Shown piece after piece: positions 36,090 through 45,887 of a DNA stretch of 64,000 nucleotides (the stretch's first letter is position 1; each line of letters opens with the position of its first letter). This DNA comes from Blepharisma stoltei ATCC 30299 (lineage: Eukaryota; Protista; Ciliophora): contig CBFDEM010000033.1 in NCBI GenBank assembly GCA_965603825.1, positions 620,001 to 684,000 on the forward strand, in the 5' to 3' direction. The translations under genes were made by a program, and so were the position numbers. Under the pieces are notes generated by a model. It searched no databases. It was not told the origin of the DNA and was given only the letters and a program-made list of their open reading frames with translations.

Positions 36090-37861
36090 TTAAAATTCAA
36101 TATCCCAATTTGGATCTATAGATCTACTCTTTTTATGCTTAAAAGGCTGCATTTCATCATTTGCTTCTTCCATCGCTATAATTTCTGCCAAACTTCTTAT
36201 ATTTTTTGATGCAGCTTGAATCTCTCTATTCAAATCATGCAATCTTGGCTTATAAGGCGGCTCTATCTGCCTACTTATTAAATGGTCCTATATCGCCTGG
36301 ATTGTTTTGTTGGACTATTACTTCTTGATCTGTGAATTCTTTTATTTGTAAAGCAAGGATTAAGGCTTGAAAACGGTCAGGCGGCATTCCTCGGAGAAGC
36401 TCGACTCTTTTTAAGATTGAGTGAGCTTCGTTGTTTGAGGTAACTTGTTCGAAAAATCCTCCAATGCAGAGTTCGAATTCTTCCCTGGTGCATTCTGCAA
36501 TAATGGTTTCACAGTCTGCTAAAATGTCTTCAGAATATGCTCCTTGAGGTTTTATATTTTTCATCTTAATAAATATTCCTACTGTTACTGTCTCCAGTTT
36601 TCATATAGGAAATTGGCCTTGCCTTTCAATAATTTCAAATCGATATATTTTCTTTTAAATAAATATTTTTAGCATTTTTTAAAAAATATCAGCAATCGCC
36701 TTGAGGTGGCTGCGTAATCTCAACATCCCCAACACAATGGAAAACTTCTGTTTTCCGGTTTTCAATCCTTGAAACCAATTTACCTTTCATGACCATCCAC
36801 AAGTGAAATCCTTTATGTGTATTTGCCCCAACCACTATTTGGTTTTTCGCATAAATCACAATCTTTAGTGCATTTATGAGCCTATCACACTGTTCTTTAT
36901 TCAGCTGCCTCAAAGTCTCGCTCATATCTATAGCCATCCTTTTGGTATTCTGATAAATAATATCCTGCAGATGATTTCCCAGTGCCTTTGTAAGCCTTTC
37001 TCTTCCAATCGCCACACATTTAACGTCATCAACAGCACTTACAGAGGCGGTTCTCACACAATTATAAAGTAAAGCCTGCTCCCCAAAGAAATCGCCTCTA
37101 TACATTTGCCTTATTTCTCTGCCTCCTTGTGTGCATGATACAATACCTTCTTTAACGACGTAAAATAAATCGCCTGGGTCACCTTCACTGACGATTTTTT
37201 CTCCTGCTCTAAATTTTAGTGTAGATAATGACCCTACTAGTGCATCTCTTTGTACAGCTGTTAATATATGAAATAAAGGGACACTCTCTATAAATCGTTT
37301 ATTTTCTTGGTAATTCTGAGCGTTTACTGTTTCTACTGCATGTCTAAAAGTTTTACGGTCAAGTCCTCATAAGGTTGTGCGCTCAGTCGTTTGGATTGTG
37401 GCTGATCTTGGGGAGTCATGAAGTAATGCAAGTTCTCCAAAACTGTCGCCTGGACCTAATACTTTGACTTTTTTCCGGCTTATTAAGACATCCACCTTGC
37501 CTGACGCAATAATAAAAAAGGTATTTCCTGGCTGATCTTGCTCAAAAACGAGCTCTCCTGGGCCTAAAGTGTAATGTTTCATGCGCTCTATAATAATTCC
37601 TCTGTTTTCATCAGCAAGACTTGTAAAAATAAAGTGCTTGTTTAAAGCTGTATTTATTAGCTCTTTATCTCTTGATGTTTTAGGTTTATCTACAACCAAT
37701 GCATTAGGAGCATCTAGAGAAGTCCCGCTTACTTTACGAGTATCTACAACCGGAGCTTTCTTTTTTACCTCTTTTCGGGGCACTGGATTTCTTGCAAGCT
37801 TTTTCTCTTCTTCAATAGACAACCTTTTCAGGGAAATATTTCTTGAAATCCTTTTTTCCAT
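36090..37861 (-). pseudogene. Rearranged cGMP-dependent protein kinase (PKG) gene: cNMP-binding domains and AGC C-tail present, kinase domain missing
   Basis: CNB motifs FGELALLHDSPRSATI and FFGEQALLYNCVRTASV. A frameshifting AT-rich insert lies at ~36551-36698. After 'QQNNPGD' the sequence jumps out of frame to the tail DHLISRQIEPPYKP...PNWDIEF*. Confidence 0.8.
36542..36707. mobile_element. IES-like / insertion element flanked by 9-bp direct repeat CCTTGAGGT
   Basis: Repeat copies at 36542-36550 and 36699-36707 enclose 148 AT-rich nt; removing 157 nt restores the PKG frame. Confidence 0.55.
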
Positions 37862-38007
37862 TTATAAATTGCGTCCAATGACTTCGGTATAAGATTTGAA
37901 ACTGATTTGTTACGATAAGAATCTGATATTTTTTCTATTTTTATCAGAAATGAAGGGGATAAGATATGATTTTTATATAAGCTTGTGAAAAAGGAGAATT
38001 TGTAAAA

Positions 38008-38591
38008 ATGGACTATTAATATGACTCCAAATGCATTTTAATAGGGAATGGGCTTGTAGGCAAAACCGGCATAATTTTAAGATTCAAAAGTCAACAAATT
38101 CGGGTTTCTCATATAAATACAATAGAAATCGGCTTAAGAGTCAAAGTTTTTAATTTAAAAGGAAGAAACTGAAAAATCAAGATTTGTGAAACTCTGGACA
38201 AGTCAACTAAAGGCTCTGCCAAGAGAATGTTCAAACAATTAAACGGAGCATTGATGGCATATGACGTAAATAATAGAAATTCTTTTGAAGATACTCAAAA
38301 ATGAATAAAAATCATTGAAGATAACGCACCAAAAGATACTGCTATCATATTAGTTGCTAATAAATACGATCAGCCTATAACAGTTTCTGAAAGAGATGGG
38401 AAGTCTTTGGCTGACTTTTATAAAATTAATCTTATATTAGCATGCGCAAAGATGGGAGATAATGTTGAGGCGCTTTTAAAGAAATGATAAAGGTGGCGAT
38501 GAAGAAAAATAGTAGTCTAATTGGAAGGAATATAGAAAATAGGGTGACTTCAGCAAAGGATGATAGGATAAGAAAAAAGAAATGCTATTAA
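38008..38591 (+). pseudogene. Rab-family GTPase pseudogene
   Basis: P-loop GNGLVGKT, YDVNNRNSF..KW, LVANKYD, CAK and NVE are recognisable. Codon 4 is TAA, WDTAGQ is degenerate, there is a frameshift near 38478, and the C-terminus is KKKCY. Confidence 0.8.
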
Positions 38592-38735
38592 GATTTTGAG
38601 TATAAAGTAAATAGTGGCAACTATACTTAGGATTTTTAAAAGGCTTGAATGTAATTTTATTATTTGATTTGCTTTTGGCATCTGAGAAAATCCTTTATAG
38701 ATTAATCACTACATTAATTAAGAGGCATCCAAAAA

Positions 38736-38807
38736 GGGCCACTCCGGGAATCGAACCCGGGACCTCTCCGACCCGAACGGAGAATCATACCACTAGACCA
38801 AGTAGCC
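38736..38807 (-). tRNA. tRNA-Pro(CGG)
   Basis: Cloverleaf: acceptor GGCTACT/AGTGGCC, anticodon arm CTCCG-TTCGGGT-CGGAG, T-loop TTCGATT; followed by an oligo-T terminator. Confidence 0.95.
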
Positions 38808-38978
38808 GGAACATTGTTAGTGATACAATATTTTATAATTAGTATACTCTTTGAAAGCCAATTGCTTCAATTAATTATTCAATTTCCCAATTACAATTAT
38901 AAAAAAAACCTACCTAAATACTCTAAGACCTACTCCAAATTCTAGATAAAAATTATTATCGTAACTCTTATATTACTT

Positions 38979-40181
38979 TTATTGAGCTTCATTATTTGTA
39001 TTCTCCTTTCTTAATTTCATTGTTTTATGAAGAATAGATACCAAATTTTTTAGAGTATTGGATTCATAAATTGAGGTAGCCTTAATATTTTCATTTTCTG
39101 CTTTAAGGTCATTTAATTCATTCTCTTTTTTCTTTAAATCGTTTTTATAGTTTTCTATTTCATCATCTTTGATTTTAATCTGTGATAAATTTATGCCTAG
39201 CTGCTGCTTTAAGGAATTGCTATCATTTTTTAATTTATCAATTTTTGATAGTAAATTTTGGTTTTCTTCAGAAATAATGCCCAATTCTTTGTCTTTTTCA
39301 GTAGTGTCTGCTGAGTTTTGGCCAATTTCTTTTAATTTTTCTTCTAGAAACTTAATTCTATCTTTAAGCTGCAAATTTTCTTCAGCAATTTTATGGTTGT
39401 TTTCTTGTTCTAAAACTTTTTCTTCTAATTCCAGTCTCTTTTTCTTTTCACTGACTAGTTCTTTTTGATAAACTTGAAGTAGCCCAATCTTCTCTTTAAG
39501 TTGAGAGCTTATTTCGCTTAATTGATATATAAGTTCTTGTGTAGAGTCTTTTGCGTTATTTAACTTAAGGTTTTCTATTTCAGCTTTAAGCATTACAATC
39601 TCATCATTCATCTTATATCTCAGCTCAATGCAATTTTCTGTATCCATTTTTTTCCAGTCCTCAAATTTTTTTGTAAAATTCTCAATCACCTTAGGAACTG
39701 TTAATAAACTTTCTTTTGACTGTAAATTATTTATATCATTTTGCAATTTCTTATTAAGCTCTGATAAAAAATTCTTTTCTCTCGCCAAAATATCTTTTTG
39801 GATATTAGCCATTTGCAGCATTTCTTTGCACTGATAAAGTTCATTTTTTAGCTTTAATAGCTCTTTTTCTATCTGCAATTTAGAGCTAGTTAAATATCCA
39901 TTAGCCCTTCTCAGCATCTCAATTTCTTTTTTCAGCAACTGGAATTCTTTAGAAAACCCTTCAATTCTTTTTTGATGCAAACTATTAATGCATCTTTCGT
40001 TTTCTATATAATTATTTATTGTCGTCTCACTATTTCTCTTATCACTTAGCACATCTTCTCTTATGGCCTGATCTTCTTGTTGTTCAAGCTCCAATAAAGC
40101 TTGCTCTGAGTTCTCAAGATCTCTAGTCCTTGTTTTATTCATTAATTCTACATCACATTCTCCCTGAGTTTCCTGATACAT
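38979..40181 (-). CDS. Coiled-coil hypothetical protein (400 aa)
   Basis: Clean ORF with heptad-rich E/K/L/N composition. Confidence 0.75.
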   Translation of the reverse strand: MYQETQGECDVELMNKTRTRDLENSEQALLELEQQEDQAIREDVLSDKRNSETTINNYIENERCINSLHQKRIEGFSKEFQLLKKEIEMLRRANGYLTSSKLQIEKELLKLKNELYQCKEMLQMANIQKDILAREKNFLSELNKKLQNDINNLQSKESLLTVPKVIENFTKKFEDWKKMDTENCIELRYKMNDEIVMLKAEIENLKLNNAKDSTQELIYQLSEISSQLKEKIGLLQVYQKELVSEKKKRLELEEKVLEQENNHKIAEENLQLKDRIKFLEEKLKEIGQNSADTTEKDKELGIISEENQNLLSKIDKLKNDSNSLKQQLGINLSQIKIKDDEIENYKNDLKKKENELNDLKAENENIKATSIYESNTLKNLVSILHKTMKLRKENTNNEAQ

Positions 40182-40221
40182 TAATCTCTATCTAAAAATA
40201 TATAATTAGCCCTTATTAAAC

Positions 40222-40972
40222 ATGGGAAATTTACAAAGTTTATTAATTGGGTCAGCAGTATCGACTAGTTATAAGTATGCTTACAAACAATATCAAAGAT
40301 ATTTGCCGGTTGAAGATGAATATGTGGAATGAATAGAAGAGCATTGTGTTGATCTTGAAAACCCAATGAAATTACTAGGAGGAAAACACTCATTTCTTGT
40401 GATAACTACAATTTCAGGTAGAAAAGTATTCCTTTATATAGATAAGATATGATTTTTCTGCAGACAATCCTGAAGGATCTATTATTTATGAATACTCTGA
40501 TTGATTTCCTTGTGAGCTATTTAGAAAAGCTGCAGTGCCACCTGGGATAAAAGTAAAAGACATTACTTCTGTTTTCAAAAAAATAGCTAAAACACATACC
40601 TATAACATAAAAACACACAATTGTCAGCACGTCGCGAGGGATACATATAATGAAATCTCTCTTGCTGCCAATCAAGCTTTAAGAAATAACCATTTAAAAT
40701 GATTTTACAAAGCCCTTCCTGCAGATTACCATGGCAATATTAAATACAATGACCCAGAACATGACGAAATTGAAGAAAAAGCTGTAATAAGGCCTAAAAG
40801 AAGGAAATTAACCCCAGAAGAAAAAAAAGAAAAGGCAGAAAACAGACATTTATTTGATTTCCCAGGAGAAAATGCTACAGAAGAAGAAATTATGGAATAT
40901 CTTAGAGAAATTGCTAGAACATTTGGAGGCACCGTGAATGAGAAAATTCTTGATATTAATGAAAATAAATAA
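40222..40972 (+). CDS. Permuted papain-fold (PPPDE/LRAT-like NlpC/P60) thiol hydrolase (244 aa)
   Basis: Absent from the ORF track. With three TGA=Trp and 16-nt intron 40426-40441 it reads MGNLQS...GKHSFLVI...YNIKTHNCQHVA, i.e. His before NC. Confidence 0.75.
40426..40441 (+). other. 16-nt spliceosomal intron
   Basis: gtattcctttatatag; A at -6; restores the frame. Confidence 0.85.
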
Positions 40973-40993
40973 AATTAGTAATTTTCTGCCAAA

Positions 40994-41185
40994 ATGGAAG
41001 AATCAGAAACTCTTGAAAAATTTATTGAAAAAGTATTGAGATCTGAAAACTGCAAAGAACTTGGAGAGGATATTATAGAAACTCTGCATGTGTGGAAGGA
41101 TGAGATCCATAATGAAATACAAAATCAAAATATAGAAGAAGTAAAAGAAGAAGTTGATGAGAAAAAAGAAGAAGAAAAAATTTAG
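40994..41185 (+). CDS. Small acidic hypothetical protein (63 aa)
   Basis: ATG after aaaa and coding-like composition; no motif. Confidence 0.4.
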   Translation: MEESETLEKFIEKVLRSENCKELGEDIIETLHVWKDEIHNEIQNQNIEEVKEEVDEKKEEEKI

Positions 41186-41284
41186 AGTATTAATTTAAAT
41201 AAAGATTTTTAATATGCAGGATTATAAGAGCTATTAAGGGTGCCTATGGAGATAAAATATATCGTTATTAATCCTTTGGGTAGC

Positions 41285-41298
41285 CACCCTAACACCCT
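41285..41298 (+). repeat. Internal telomere-type repeat (CCCTAACA)n, 14 nt
   Basis: CACCCTAACACCCT is an exact match to the heterotrich telomeric repeat. Confidence 0.6.
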
Positions 41299-41401
41299 TG
41301 CTTTGCTTTACGCATTTTGGTTTATGTTGTTTAAATTTATGAAAAAAGAGAGCGGCCACTTCAATTCTGTTTTGAATAGAAAATAATTGACCTAAAGCGA
41401 G

Positions 41402-41590
41402 CTACAAAGATGGATGGACTATGATAATTCGCTTGAATTCATATACTCGCTTTTTATCATCTTGGAAATTTCCTGTCTTCATTTCTAATACAAAAATATT
41501 CCTTATAAAAATTATGTCTGGCTTATGGCTGCCCATAAGATTTGATAAAGTTTACATGCATTCTGTATCTCCTGCATATCCATTGATATA
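41402..41590 (-). pseudogene. Degenerate PD-(D/E)xK nuclease-like fragment
   Basis: GYAGDTECM*TLSNLMGSHKPDIIFIRNIFVLEMKTGNFQDDKK; KPD...ExK spacing, interrupted by stops. Confidence 0.4.
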
Positions 41591-41642
41591 TAGGTCGTAT
41601 GAATGCTAAATTGATTTGAGTGAACAATATTTAATTTGACCT

Positions 41643-41657
41643 CACCCTACACCCTAA
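41643..41657 (+). repeat. Degenerate internal telomere-type repeat
   Basis: CACCCTACACCCTAA, one A short of the CCCTAACA repeat. Confidence 0.5.
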
Positions 41658-41920
41658 GCCTTTATGATAATTTTAGTAAATACGCTTATTCTTCTTTAAT
41701 TATTTAAATCCTCTTTCTTCTGGCAATTATGCATGCCAAACTGAAGACAAAAGCCTACATCTCTGCGATATCTTATTAATTATCAATCCTTAGACATTTA
41801 GTAACTAAATTAAAGGGCTTTCTTTCTACCAAACAAATCAGAAAAAATTACTTTCCCATTTGAGCTTCATCATATTAAGCCTGAATATTTAAATCAAATA
41901 TGATAGTTGAATATTAAGAA

Positions 41921-44900
41921 ATGAGTTTTCCTCAAATGTACGAATAATTTAGGAAATTTGATACCAGATCAGCTCCAAAATTCAATGACGAAGATTCTCT
42001 GAAAGACGAGGAGCGATTTTTTGATAAGCGTATCCCACACCCTCCTCGACCTGAAAGTGCCAAAGCACCTGATGGCAACCCTCTTAAAAATGTTAACAGA
42101 AAGCCAGCCCGCCCAATAACAGCTACAAAGAAAATCTTCCCAGTATGACAAAAGCCAGTCCCAAATAAAGAAGCAGAGCCTATAATGCTGGCCAAGCTTC
42201 GACCTAAGAATATTCAAATGGACAAAGAAAGGCTTTATGATGAAAATATCGCTTTGAAAATGAAAGTCAACTCTTTAACTGAAGACGTTATTTTATTAAG
42301 AACTAGAATAAGCCAGCTCGAAAGAGATATAGGAAAAAAAGAAATATTTATTGATCAAAAATCTCCAACTGAGAAGCCAAATTCCAAAAACGTTCATTTA
42401 ATCACAAATCTCAAACAAAATGTCAAAGAATTAAGATCAGAGCTTCAGACAAAAGAAACTGAACTAATTTCATTAAGAAAAAACACAAAAACTTCAAGAA
42501 TTATGGAACTGGAAGCTGAAGTTCAAGCATATGTAGATGAATGTACAAGGCTAAAACACCATATTGAAGATTTACTGCATCAAAACGGCATAGAAAATCC
42601 AACAGGAGAATATGAAGGTTTTGAGGCTCAAAGTTACAGACAAACTCTTGTAAACTCAAATCTTCAAAAAGAAAATGCAGAATTAAATCAAGCTTTATCA
42701 GAAGCAAAAGAAGAAATTTTTAAATTAAAATCAAAACTTTCAGACCCTGAAAAAAAGAAAAAAAAGAAATCCACCTCACGAAAAAACGATGAACACTTAA
42801 AAACAGAAATCCAAATCCTTAAACAGCAGCTTGAGAATGAACGAAAAATTTATGAAAATAAAGAAACTGATATAAAAAATGACAGCGAAAAGCTCAAAAA
42901 ATCAAATTTAGAAACTTTTCAAAGGATGCAAAGCTTTGAATTAAAAGTAAAAGAGCAGAATTCTCTTATAGAGCAGCTAAAAACTCAAGTGGCTGCACTT
43001 CAAAAAGAAATGCAGCAGACACAGAAAAATCAAAAACCAGCTGAAAATAACAATTTATGGGATATGACCCCAGGAAGATTAACTCACCCTCCAAAACTGT
43101 GTAAAATGATCTACGAAATAATCTACAAAAAGAAAATGCTTTTAGCTGTATTTTTGTCATTATTAGATAAAAACAATAATGGGTATATTGGGACTGATGA
43201 TATTATACAGGTATTAAAAACTAATGGGTATCAAGCTAAAAAAAAGTACATTGAAGAAGTCATTCAAATGGCGACAGGGAAAATGGCAAATATTATACAT
43301 ATAAAAGCACTGGAAAAATTTTATGAACAATATAATTATTCGTCCTCACCAATTTCGACAAGCAGTGAAGAATTTCCTGTGAAGCCTCAGAAGACGTTTG
43401 GGTCTGCTGCAAATGAGATAAAAATAAAAATTGGAGAAGAGCAGCCAGTAATGAAATCGATTTCAGTGAGCTCAAGTGTAAGAAGTGAAAATATCAGGGA
43501 AATTGAAAATGAGGATAAAAATAATGCAAAAGTTAATGAAATTGATAAAAAGAGTGAAAATAAACCAGAAGCTCCTCCTTTATATTTCACTTTTTCAAAG
43601 GAAAGTAATGATAAAGTTATTAAGGGGCAGGCAGCTGGGGTTTCAGATAAAAATGAAATAAGAAATGTTGTGCAACAAAAAGATGAAGCTCAGGTCATAA
43701 AAAAAGAACCAGTGCCTCCTCCAGAGGATCATAAGCCTAAAGATCAACAACGAGTAGAAGCTTTGCAAAGACCAAAATCAAGACCTTCAACCCCAATCCA
43801 AAAACAGATTAGTAATGAAAAAATTCCTCTGAAGTCAGATTATGAAAATCCACCATCAAAAAGAGAAAAAAACCAACTTGAAGCAGAAGCTCCACAAAGG
43901 TCAATGTCAAGATCTTCAACCCCAATTCAAAAAATGCCTAGCAATGATAAAATTCCTCAAAGATCTGATTACGAAAATCCGCCATCAAAAAGAGAAAAAA
44001 ATCAATCTGAAAAAAATATATTAAAAAAAGAGCCTACTGATGAAAGAATAAAAGAAAAGCAAATTGTACAGCCAACACAGAAAAAGGAGCCATTAAATAT
44101 AAAAGAAAAACCTAAAGAAGAAGAAGAAGAAAAAACCCAGCCTACAGAACAAGAAATCCCTACTATAAAGCCAGAAGAAATTAAAACAGTCCTAAATCAT
44201 GTATCTCTACAAATGCAGCTAAATCGGCAGCCAAAGTCTAAGCTTGCCTCTTTCCTATTTGGCTCAATCGAAAAATCCCAAAAATTGAATAAAGAAGAAA
44301 TATCCAAATTCCTATCACAATCACCTTTGAAAATCCCAAGCGTTCAAAATTTCGATAAATTTTGCCAATTTTTAATAGAGCCCTCCCAAGCTACCATTCG
44401 TCCAAGTGAACTTAGCTCTTTATCTGCATCTGTCGATTTTATAACTAAAAAATTATTTATCTCTTTAGAAGACTGGCCAATCTTTACTCAAGAAGACGAA
44501 AAAGAATACGACGAAAAACTGACTGAAATAATAGACATTTATTTTGACTCATTAATTGCAGGCTGCAAAAAAAATGATTTAAATAATACAGGGAAAATCT
44601 CAATAGAGCAGTTTCAAACAGTTTTACGACAACAAAATATAGAACTCCCTAGAAATATGATGAATTACATTATTTTATTATTTTATTCAACAAGTCTGGA
44701 ATTAAATGAAGTCCCATATGAAAAATTTTTAAATGCTTATCATAATCAAAATGCAGAAGAATATGAAGAAGATTATGAACAGGGAGAAGAAATTGCAGAT
44801 GAAGAAAGGGCTAAAATTGTAGGCCATTTATTAGAAATTATTGCTAAAGTTATGAAAGATAAAAAAGTTTCAGTTAGGGATATTTTTATCCAAAATCACA

Positions 44901-45514
44901 GAGGCATGGTCATGCCTGACAACTTTGTAAAAGGGCTTCAAAAATTAGGAGTCCTCGATTCAATTGGCCAAGAATTCATAATTTTAATCCTCCAAGCTCT
45001 CCAATGTGAAGACACTGACGAAATGTGTATTTTAATCGACGATCTAGAAGAAGTCTTTAAGCATTATGGCATTAGCATCCCAGACGAAATTTTTGAAGAA
45101 GAAAATGAAGAAAAAAATTTCAGCAAGGAAAACTCCCGATACAAAGAAAACTCAGAATCTTCTTCTATATATGAAGAAGAACCTTATGAAGAAACCAAGC
45201 CAAAGCAAAATCCTCAGTTAATAAACCCACCTTCTGATGCAGATTTAATAAAATCAATTGAAAAGAAAGAAAGCATAGAAAATGACCTTGGCTCAAGCAT
45301 AAATTCTGATTATGAGATAGAAAATCACTTGTATAATAAAACAAAAAGCTCCCAGAGCAGTGCGGAAAAAAATAAAGCTGAAGAGTATAGTGAGTATGAA
45401 TCAGATGTAAATAAAGAAGAATATTCAGAGGATATTGAAGAAAATTATGACAAAAATTCAAATGTAAGCTATGGGAGCGAGTATGAGTCAGATCAAGGCA
45501 GCGAAATAGACTAA
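41921..45514 (+). CDS. Large protein: IQCE-like N-terminal coiled coil, EF-hands, acidic tail (~1192 aa)
   Basis: Start 41921, intron 41938-41952 and one TGA extend track ORF 42185. 'KERLYDENIALK...LRTRISQLE...TKTSRIMELEAEVQAYVDECTRL' resembles IQCE. EF-hands DKNNNGYI and DLNNTGKI. Confidence 0.7.
41938..41952 (+). other. 15-nt spliceosomal intron
   Basis: gtacgaataatttag; phase 2, in-frame TAA. Confidence 0.82.
43757..44014 (+). repeat. Intragenic tandem duplication, 2 x 129 nt (43 aa)
   Basis: EALQRPKSRPSTPIQK...SDYENPPSKREKNQ repeated as EAPQRSMSRSSTPIQK...SDYENPPSKREKNQ. Confidence 0.9.
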
Positions 45515-45528
45515 TGACGATTAATAAA

Positions 45529-45859
45529 TTATTTTTCTTCAGTTTTTGGGCTCTCTGATAGGTCGTCATTGATTTTTTTAAATAAATCTAATAAATCGCC
45601 AAATGAAGGTGGCTCAGGGATAAAATATTTGCGTAGAAATACTCTGAATAAAAATTTACTTGGAAAATCTAAAAACATTTGACGCTTCTTGGACTTGGGA
45701 TGGCGAAGCTGTCTCCTTTACACCTTTTGACATAAGAAAATAGTCCATACATTGGAGATAAGTAGTTTCTTTGACAGCTATTTGCTTTAGGCATAGGATG
45801 GCGTCTAAATATGATCTAAGGAAAACCTTCCCATTAAAGATTTGCTCTTCTGCCAGCAT
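45529..45859 (-). CDS. Small hypothetical protein (104 aa)
   Basis: Track ORF 45656-45859 is extended by 16-nt intron 45644-45659 to ...FSKVFLRKYFIPEPPSFGDLLDLFKKINDDLSESPKTEEK*. Confidence 0.7.
45644..45659 (-). other. 16-nt spliceosomal intron
   Basis: gtaaatttttattcag on the minus strand; A at -6. Confidence 0.75.
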
Positions 45860-45887
45860 ATTTAATTTAACGAAAAAGCTAATTAAA

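Noticed and set aside
38645-38842. 65-aa track ORF (also 48541-48771)
   Set aside because: Spurious translations across tRNA genes.
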